A stretch of DNA of 64,000 nt, from positions 73,088-137,087 of the forward strand of contig CAYZIY010000001.1 of the NCBI GenBank assembly GCA_964478715.1, given 5' to 3'. This document shows positions 57,041-64,000 of this stretch, in pieces; position 1 is the first letter of the stretch; each line of letters begins with the position of its first letter. Both the position numbers and the translations under genes were made by a program. A model generated the notes under the pieces. That model saw only the letters and a list, made by a program, of their open reading frames with translations. It was not told the origin of the DNA and ran no database searches. The stretch comes from an uncultured Planctomycetales bacterium (GTDB lineage Bacteria > Omnitrophota > Gorgyraeia > Zapsychrales > JBDRMG01).

Positions 57041-57711
57041 TTTTTGGTATCAAGTTTCTCTTGGCTTTTTGTAGCATCACTTATGAGCTGATTCTCGCGC
57101 AGTGTCTGGCCGCGTTTTTGGAGAATACCGTCTTACGCTATAGCGTGACCGTTGGTCTATACTTGTTTTCGATGGGCGTGGGCAGTTTTCTAGCGGAAAA
57201 AAAGACCAAGCATGCAGCCAAGACACTTCTGCGCGCGGAAGCTCTTCTGGTTCTTTGCGGGGGGTTAAGCGTTGTCTTTCTTTTTGCCGTAGATTATCTA
57301 AGCGGATCCCGTATAGTTTTTTCGGCGATAGCCCACGGGCTCATAGTGTTGATTGGTATATTAACCGGTTTGGAGCTGCCTTTGTTGATTCACCTGCAGG
57401 AAAAAAGAAGCCAGGACTTAGAGCATCAGATGATCGGATTTGATTATGCCGGTGCCTTTGCCGGGACTTTGTTTTTTGTCTTTGTGATCTTTCCCCGCTT
57501 TGGGCTTGTGGCCGGCAGTTTCTTTGTCGGGCTGATCAATGCTCTGACGGCTGCAACTCTTTTTTGGGCCTTGTTACCGCAAAAGGGCAGGGATCGGCCA
57601 ATGGCATTAAGGGTTATTGTGTTATACCTCATAATCTCTGTCGCATTTTGTGTTTTTTTATGGAACAGCGGTCAAATATCCCGGATTTTGATTGAGGGCT
57701 ATCTTCACTAA
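57037..57711 (+). CDS. Stand-alone membrane domain of membrane-type spermidine synthase
   Basis: CSITYEL, YSVTVGLYLFSMGVG, GILTGLELPLL and DYAGAFAG parallel the N-terminus of 58154; no catalytic domain. Confidence 0.85.
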   Translation: MIFGIKFLLAFCSITYELILAQCLAAFLENTVLRYSVTVGLYLFSMGVGSFLAEKKTKHAAKTLLRAEALLVLCGGLSVVFLFAVDYLSGSRIVFSAIAHGLIVLIGILTGLELPLLIHLQEKRSQDLEHQMIGFDYAGAFAGTLFFVFVIFPRFGLVAGSFFVGLINALTAATLFWALLPQKGRDRPMALRVIVLYLIISVAFCVFLWNSGQISRILIEGYLH

Positions 57712-57720
57712 GGGGGCCAT

Positions 57721-58077
57721 ATGCATAAGAAATTAACCAAGGAATTCGGCAAACATTATCTGGTGGAATTCATTAAATGCAACAGCGATAAACTGAAATA
57801 TGTCAAAGACGTACAGGAACCTTTATCGGAGGCTGCGCGTCTGAGTGAGGCTCATATTTTCAGCCATCATTTTCATCAATTTGAGCCGGTGGGGGTCACG
57901 GGTATTATCTTGATCGGATGGTCCCATTTTTCTGTGCATACCTGGCCGGAAGATCAATATGTGACTTTCGATATTCTTACCTGCGGCAAGATGTCACCCG
58001 ATAAAGCCATCGATTATCTTCAAGATTATTTTGAGGCCAAGCAGATTGAATTAAAAGTTATTCCAAGGGGATTTTAG
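57721..58077 (+). CDS. speD: S-adenosylmethionine decarboxylase-family proenzyme (atypical cleavage site)
   Basis: G.HYLVE, HQFEPVGVTG, SHFSVHTWPE and DILTCG motifs. Confidence 0.88.
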   Translation: MHKKLTKEFGKHYLVEFIKCNSDKLKYVKDVQEPLSEAARLSEAHIFSHHFHQFEPVGVTGIILIGWSHFSVHTWPEDQYVTFDILTCGKMSPDKAIDYLQDYFEAKQIELKVIPRGF

Positions 58078-58153
58078 CCGAAAATATGCAAAAGAAGCAA
58101 TTTGTTTCTTTTAGATCGAAAGCAGTGTCTTATAAACCATCAACCGAAGTGAA

Positions 58154-60013
58154 ATGATTTATCTCATAACTTTTCTTTGTGCGGCCTGCAGTATGATTTA
58201 CGAGCTTCTCTTGGCTCAGGCCATCGTTGAGCGGGCCGGTAATACCGTGGTCTGGTATTCGTTAACGATTGGTTTGTATTTAGCGGCTATGGGCCTCGGT
58301 GCTTTTGCTTCTCGGCGTATTTCCAAAGATCGGCTTTGGCCGGGATTGTTCAAAGTCGAAATGATTTTAAGTCTGACTGGAGCTCTGTCGGTGATCTGGG
58401 CTTTTTCTTCCTATATTCTTTTCGTTGTTTTATGGGCCGGTTATGTTTGGCAGTTGAGTCATGTCTTATTTTTTCTGCTGTCTTTCGCGATGATCCTGAC
58501 TATAGGATTTTTCACAGGATGTGAATTGCCTCTTTTGATCCGCATTGAAAAAAGATCCGCCACCGGTCAAAATTTAACCGCACGCGTTTTAAGCATTGAT
58601 TATCTGGGTTCTCTAGCCGGCGCCTTGTGCTTCTCGCTTTTCTTGCTCCCGCGGTTTTCGTTGATTGTAATCAGTTTGATGACAGCCCTGGTGAATTTGA
58701 TTTTAGCCTTTTTTATTGCCTTGCGCTTTATTTCTCAAAAGAGAGAGAAGAAGATTGTTCTTTGCGCAATGTTTTTTGTGATATTGATCGCTGTGTGTCT
58801 GCGCCTTGAGAGCATCGAGCAGTATTTCCTGAAAAGATATTATTATTACGATATCCAAAGCGAAAATCCCTGGAAATTGTTTTGGCTTGGAAATGACCAT
58901 TCGCCGGTTAAGCGCATCCGCTCCGCCTACCAGACTATTGATCTGGTTCAGACTCAAGGGTATGCGATGCCTTTTTCATTGATTAAAGATTTTTATAGCC
59001 AGAAGGCCTTGCTGGAAAAAGATTATCCGCGAAATACAGCTCTTTATCTGGATGGTCAGCTTCAGTTTTTATCGGATTCGGAAGAGATTTATCATGAGTA
59101 TTTCGCTCATGTGCCCGTGATTCTCAAAAGACGAGTGCCTAAAGATGTTTTGGTTTTAGGCGCCGGGGACGGCCTTTTGGTTCGCGAGTTGGCCAAATAT
59201 ACCGATATCAAGAGCATCACTGTTGTTGAAATTGATCCCCGGATGATCGAACTGGCCAAAGGACATCCTGTTTTTCTGGATCTCAATAAAGGGGTTTTTT
59301 TTGATCTGCGGGTTAAAATTATCGTGGAAGACGCCTATCATTATGTAAAGAACACCGAAGATAAATTCGATGCCATTTATATGGATTTTCCTCACCCAAA
59401 GGATTATAAGCTGAGCAAGCTTTATAGCCGCGAGTTTTATTATTTTGTGCGCCGAGCTCTAAAGGCAGATGGTTTTGCCGTGATGGATGCACCTTCGATC
59501 AATCTTTTCAAGACAAATGTTCCAGGAGGTATTTCTCTAAGCCCGTTGAACATGTGGCCGGTTTATGTGAATACCTTAAAAAGCGCCGGATTTAAAGGGA
59601 TTATTCCTTTTTCGTCTTTGATGGAGCCAGATAATCCAAAGGCGGTTACAGCGATCAAAAAGCAGATTGGACAAGCCGAGGCGATTATTGTTGAGGAATT
59701 CGACTTACGTGGTTATTCCCAAAAGGTGATTGAAGGACAAAATAATATTGTTTCCCAAATATTAAAAGATTTTATTGCTGATCATGCACAAGGGTTTATC
59801 TTTCTGCAAAATAAGCCATTATCGGCTGTCTTCAATTACAAGGATCCGGGTATTCCCCTGTATGTTCTTAATAAAGAAAGATTTGACGCGGCGTTTTCTT
59901 ATCCTCTATCATCCGGCAAGCAGGATGATGTTTTCTTCCCTCTGGTCAACACAATCCTCTGCCCGAGTCTCCCAAATTCTCATTATTGGCTTCGCCTTAA
60001 ACTTCCAAATTAA
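58154..60013 (+). CDS. speE: Membrane-fused aminopropyltransferase (SpeE-like)
   Basis: About 7 TM helices, then SAYQTI, LYLDGQLQF, YHE, VLVLGAGDG, VEID, EDA, MDFPHP and LYSREFY motifs. Confidence 0.88.
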   Translation: MIYLITFLCAACSMIYELLLAQAIVERAGNTVVWYSLTIGLYLAAMGLGAFASRRISKDRLWPGLFKVEMILSLTGALSVIWAFSSYILFVVLWAGYVWQLSHVLFFLLSFAMILTIGFFTGCELPLLIRIEKRSATGQNLTARVLSIDYLGSLAGALCFSLFLLPRFSLIVISLMTALVNLILAFFIALRFISQKREKKIVLCAMFFVILIAVCLRLESIEQYFLKRYYYYDIQSENPWKLFWLGNDHSPVKRIRSAYQTIDLVQTQGYAMPFSLIKDFYSQKALLEKDYPRNTALYLDGQLQFLSDSEEIYHEYFAHVPVILKRRVPKDVLVLGAGDGLLVRELAKYTDIKSITVVEIDPRMIELAKGHPVFLDLNKGVFFDLRVKIIVEDAYHYVKNTEDKFDAIYMDFPHPKDYKLSKLYSREFYYFVRRALKADGFAVMDAPSINLFKTNVPGGISLSPLNMWPVYVNTLKSAGFKGIIPFSSLMEPDNPKAVTAIKKQIGQAEAIIVEEFDLRGYSQKVIEGQNNIVSQILKDFIADHAQGFIFLQNKPLSAVFNYKDPGIPLYVLNKERFDAAFSYPLSSGKQDDVFFPLVNTILCPSLPNSHYWLRLKLPN

Positions 60014-60310
60014 ATTGAAAATAATGTCCAATCTTGTACTATGGACAATTATTATATATTAAAATGTCCATTCTGAGTGAATACAGAGGAGATAAAGGCA
60101 GAAGGTTTCATGATTCTTGCGGGTGGAAAAGAATTTTATCTTGCCTTCTTGCGAATTTTTTATAAATAATATATACTCTCGTCGACAAAACAACATTTCT
60201 TGTTTTTTAAAGAAACCGTTTCCCCGAAACTCTCCCAACCCCCTTTCTTTTCCTTCCTGATCAGCTATACTTATAAAAATATCTCTATAAGCAATAAGAA
60301 TATTAAGAAT

Positions 60311-63300
60311 ATGACCCTTAAAACTCGGCATTCCAATCTGTTTAAGTCTATAGCATTCAGTATTATCATTCCTTTTTGTCTGTCTTTATTTACTCCCCCG
60401 CCGGCTCAAGCCCAGAGTTATCCATTGATTTTTGGCGGTATGCCCGTTTTACCTCCGCCGGGGGAGATGGTTCAGTCCACCCAATCTTATCAGCCAGCCC
60501 TGGTTAAGGGCATTGAGATCTTTCCGGATAATCCTTTTCACTTGAATTTCATCATCGATAGCTGCGACAGCTCTAAAAAAGACCAAGCCAGGATTAAAGA
60601 AACACGCAAGCTAATTAATTACTTTCTGGCCGCCTTAACCGTTCCTGAAGATGATATCTGGGTGAATTTATCACCTTATGAGCGTGACCGGATGATTACA
60701 GATGCTTTTGGAGAAACTGAAATGGGCCGGGATCTATTGGCCCAGGATTATCTCCTTAAGCAGCTTTCAGCCAGTTTGCTTTATCCCGAAAAAGATATGG
60801 GGAGAAAGTTCTGGGAGAGAGTTTATCAAAAAGCCCAGGATCTCTATGGGACAACTAACATTCCGATTAATACGTTTAATAAAGTCTGGATTGTACCGCA
60901 GGAGGCGGTGGTTTATACCAAGGATAATATCGCCTACATAACCGACAGCCGCTTAAAGGTTCTCCTTGAGGAGGATTATGTGGCTTTGTCGAAAAATATT
61001 GACAATGACTTAATCGGGACCGACCGGATGACCAATGAGGATGTGGAACAATTAAGCTCCACTTCAGCTTCTGTGGTCAGAGAGCTCATTATCCCAGAGA
61101 TTGAAAGAGAAGTCAACGAAGGCAGGAATTTTGCCCCGCTAAGACAAATTTATCATTCGCTGATTCTGGCCACCTGGTACAAAAAGGCATTGAGAAACAG
61201 TTTTCTTCGAAGGATTTATGCCGATCAAAATAAAATCGGGGGTATCAATCTCAATGATCCAGAAATCAAAGAGCGCATTTTTGAGCAATATCTTCAGGCT
61301 TTTCAACAAGGCGTTTATGATTATATTAAAAAGGATTTCGATTCTCATTCAAAATCTGTCATTCAAAGGCGGTATTTTTCCGGCGGTTTTAGCGCCAAAG
61401 AGCTGACCGATCTAATCATTGAAAAAAATCAATTGGCCCTGGGTGAGGCGGTGCCTCAAGGCGAAGTGAGCAATCATACGATCCGCCTGATTCCCCATTC
61501 GACGGTGAATTCTTATATCAGAAAGAACCTGCCGCTGGATTTATTGGAAAATATCGATCATATTCAAAATTACAAAATGATCCGGGCACAAGGCGCGCAG
61601 GCGCGCCTTGTGCCCATCAAAGACCTCCTCAAAAACACCGGCCAGGCCGCCCATATCGGCCTGGGGCAGATTTACGGTGAGCTGGTGGTTTATATTGATG
61701 CTGACCTAGATCAGGAAGCGGAGATTTACCAGCACGAGCTTTATGAAATCGCCAGATGGGAAGGGAAGCGAAGTGAGCTCGGGCTCAAACCCCATGAAAT
61801 GCGCCAGTGGATTAAAGATAATTATGAACAAGCGCAGACGTTAGCGGATCAGTGGCACGCCCAGGCTCCGTCTATCGATCATATCTATGCTGAGCATACT
61901 CAGCGCTCTGAAGCTTTCTTGCGTAATGCCGCCGAACTTTACGAATGGGCCCATTATGAAGAGGATATCAATCTGGCCGCCGGTGAATCTAAAGAGGATA
62001 CGTCGCTTGAGAAAAAGGGATCAGAGACAGATATTCTGATCAAGCAGGCTGAAATACAAGACAACAAGGGAAGGGTCCATACGCTCGATCTCAAAGCACA
62101 TGAGAATTTAACTCTTGAGGATTTTATTGAGATGGTCCGGATGTCTGGCTATGCGGCCGAAGACTATCGCGAGGTGCTTCATGCGGTTTTAGATCTCTTG
62201 GAGAAATCACCGCCTGAAGATAAACCCAGGCTTGTTGTCTATGATGCTCCGTTTAGCCGAGATTTCACCGGTTTCGCCCAGACTCAAGACATCAATGTTA
62301 TTGCTCTTCATCGAGATCTTTCCACAAATCCCGTTGCTATCATGCGGGAAATTTTTGATTATGTCCTTAAAAAATCTCAAAAAGAAAAGACATTGCAGAT
62401 AGCCTTTCTTCGGTCCCGTAATTTGCAGCAACCGCATCGGATCAGCCTGTTCGTTTTAGAGAAAGAATTCCGTATCGCTTTAAGCGAAGAAGCTTTCTCC
62501 ATCGTCCAAAGGGATCCGCAAAATCCCATGAATCTGATCCGGGCTCTAACCCGTCAGATCTTTTCGCTTCAAGACAGGCGATTAGAGAAAGTCATTGAAC
62601 GTTTGGCAACCGGCAATGAAGCCGATCAAATGATCGCGCAGGCCAAGGCGATGATCGAAGAGGCCTCTGCAGAGGCCGGAAGAGAGGATCTTATTCTTAA
62701 AGCCCAGAAGATCGTTGAAAACGCGATTTTGAAAATCATCGATACCAAGCTGGGGGAGAAAGACGACCTGGGATTTCCCGTAGACAGAGGTTTGGAGAAA
62801 ATTGACCGGGCGATTGAGGTTCTCGGCTATTATCAGGGGATTGGTATCATCACCGATTTGCAAATCGCCGCTTTAGGTCTTCTCGAGGAGCTAAAGAACG
62901 GATATATCAATGTCTATGAATTTAAGAACTGGCTTGCGCAAGAATGGGATGAAAAAAAGACCGATATCATTAATCAAATTCAGTTTTCCACTTCATTAAC
63001 GGAAGAGTTTCGGTCAACGATTGACACGACAGAAGAGGGTATCAGTGATGAACAAGAACAGATCAAGCTCGAAAAGTCAAAAAATCTTCTTCGGCATCTT
63101 CTTTTACACAAACCATCACTATTTTCAAGATTGATGTCTGAAATAGGCCTGGATGATATTCAGGAAGTAAATATCAGCCTGGAGGGATCCGGCCAGTTTA
63201 AGGATGTGTTTCGCGTAGAAGTGGTTGGTGAGTTTACGAAAGAAGTTTTCAAGATCGCCGTAGCTTTGAAAACGGACATTGACCGCGATAAGCCTCTCTA

Positions 63301-64000
63301 TGAAGAAGGAGAGAGAAAAATGCAGATCCTGCTTCAACCCACCGGTCATGTTCCTATGCACGCGGGAGTGGCCTATGTTGAGCTGGATGGAGATCGCTTG
63401 GGAGAGGTCCAGACCCAAAAACCCACTGAAGGGACATACGCGACTGTCGCGATTGATGAATTCATTGAAGGATTCACGGTTTATGATTATAAGCTCTTTC
63501 AATATTTTGAAGAAAAAAGAGATGAACCGCTTCCTTTAAGAATGCGCAAAGATGTGATCGAAACGCTTATCGATTCGCTTCTCTATCTCAATCCAGGCAA
63601 AAAGAAAGACTATCGGGGGTTTTTCGATATTCATATGAACAATCTCATGATTCAGGACGGAACAAAGAAAGTGAAGATTGTTGATTTGGGAAGAGAAGTT
63701 GGTTTCGGGTCGCTTTCTGATTTTCTGACCATTATAGCGATGGTCGGATATATTGAAACCGGGGATGAGCTGAATGTCCTTTATGAAAAATTTCCTCGCG
63801 TGAATTGGAATCAACATTTGAGGGCGGCAAGAAACAAGCTGGCAACGGTTAAAGATCAATATTTTCCTGATCAACAGCTTCGGGAGGGCCAACCAGACAC
63901 AAGAACGGTTGAGATTCAAGGAGTTCAATTTACTGCGCAGAAATTAAACAATGTCATTCGCTTGATTGGAATCGCCATCAATCGACATCTGACCAACGAT
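60311..64000 (+). CDS. Giant secreted multi-domain protein (>=1230 aa, 3' truncated) with kinase-like domain
   Basis: Translated by hand with no stop from ATG 60311 to 64000. Signal peptide ends PAQA; N-terminal domain WVNLSPYE..MGRDLLAQDY..NKVWIVP..YFSGG; HELYE motif; kinase motifs near 63180-63690. Confidence 0.92.
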   Translation, partial: MTLKTRHSNLFKSIAFSIIIPFCLSLFTPPPAQAQSYPLIFGGMPVLPPPGEMVQSTQSYQPALVKGIEIFPDNPFHLNFIIDSCDSSKKDQARIKETRKLINYFLAALTVPEDDIWVNLSPYERDRMITDAFGETEMGRDLLAQDYLLKQLSASLLYPEKDMGRKFWERVYQKAQDLYGTTNIPINTFNKVWIVPQEAVVYTKDNIAYITDSRLKVLLEEDYVALSKNIDNDLIGTDRMTNEDVEQLSSTSASVVRELIIPEIEREVNEGRNFAPLRQIYHSLILATWYKKALRNSFLRRIYADQNKIGGINLNDPEIKERIFEQYLQAFQQGVYDYIKKDFDSHSKSVIQRRYFSGGFSAKELTDLIIEKNQLALGEAVPQGEVSNHTIRLIPHSTVNSYIRKNLPLDLLENIDHIQNYKMIRAQGAQARLVPIKDLLKNTGQAAHIGLGQIYGELVVYIDADLDQEAEIYQHELYEIARWEGKRSELGLKPHEMRQWIKDNYEQAQTLADQWHAQAPSIDHIYAEHTQRSEAFLRNAAELYEWAHYEEDINLAAGESKEDTSLEKKGSETDILIKQAEIQDNKGRVHTLDLKAHENLTLEDFIEMVRMSGYAAEDYREVLHAVLDLLEKSPPEDKPRLVVYDAPFSRDFTGFAQTQDINVIALHRDLSTNPVAIMREIFDYVLKKSQKEKTLQIAFLRSRNLQQPHRISLFVLEKEFRIALSEEAFSIVQRDPQNPMNLIRALTRQIFSLQDRRLEKVIERLATGNEADQMIAQAKAMIEEASAEAGREDLILKAQKIVENAILKIIDTKLGEKDDLGFPVDRGLEKIDRAIEVLGYYQGIGIITDLQIAALGLLEELKNGYINVYEFKNWLAQEWDEKKTDIINQIQFSTSLTEEFRSTIDTTEEGISDEQEQIKLEKSKNLLRHLLLHKPSLFSRLMSEIGLDDIQEVNISLEGSGQFKDVFRVEVVGEFTKEVFKIAVALKTDIDRDKPLYEEGERKMQILLQPTGHVPMHAGVAYVELDGDRLGEVQTQKPTEGTYATVAIDEFIEGFTVYDYKLFQYFEEKRDEPLPLRMRKDVIETLIDSLLYLNPGKKKDYRGFFDIHMNNLMIQDGTKKVKIVDLGREVGFGSLSDFLTIIAMVGYIETGDELNVLYEKFPRVNWNQHLRAARNKLATVKDQYFPDQQLREGQPDTRTVEIQGVQFTAQKLNNVIRLIGIAINRHLTND

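Noticed and set aside
59-59395. Numerous 60-190 aa antisense or alternate-frame ORFs inside housekeeping genes
   Set aside because: They are nested in well-supported genes and show no recognisable motifs.
60059-63928. Short ORF-track entries on both strands in the last 4 kb
   Set aside because: All but the first lie inside the continuous + frame from 60311, which has coherent motifs, so they are shadows. 60059-60331 is mostly AT-rich intergenic sequence with no recognisable motif.
42344-64000. Genomic island or prophage integrated at the tmRNA 3' end
   Set aside because: No integrase, phage genes or duplicated tmRNA 3' end was seen in the window. An att copy beyond the window cannot be excluded.

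Overview
This is a gene-dense window of bacterial chromosome from a diderm, LPS-making organism. The gene content and the giant-protein N-terminal domain suggest Ca. Omnitrophota (PVC group); this is an inference. 1-2.9 kb holds lipid A genes (lpxC-fabZ fusion, lpxA, lpxI). 3.0-26.0 kb is a tightly coupled 23-gene housekeeping run behind a perfect sigma70 promoter: lysS, lolE/D, ilvE, mcsA-mcsB-clpC, radA, PIN/TRAM, ispD/F, cysE/S, tmk, holB, ricT, metG, mtnA, thiL, tsaE/B, alr. 26-36 kb covers lptG/F, comF, ornithine-lipid-type acyltransferases, an ArnT/GT2/LAB_N module, pyrE and a Maf-M48 fusion. 36-43 kb holds two-component genes, lpdA, tRNA-Leu(CAG), smpB, tmRNA and a GIY-YIG pseudogene, with related CGAAG-loop hairpin elements beside both RNA genes. 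43-60 kb is accessory: many stand-alone receivers and kinases, then a coupled GT-C / acyltransferase / split membrane SpeE / atypical SpeD (Trp-Ser cleavage site) operon. From 60311 to the window end lies a >=1230-codon ORF missing from the supplied ORF track, encoding a putative secreted giant protein with HExxE modules and a protein-kinase-like domain. No CRISPR array, rRNA, integrase or transposase was seen. All calls come from reading motifs by eye; no database search was run.
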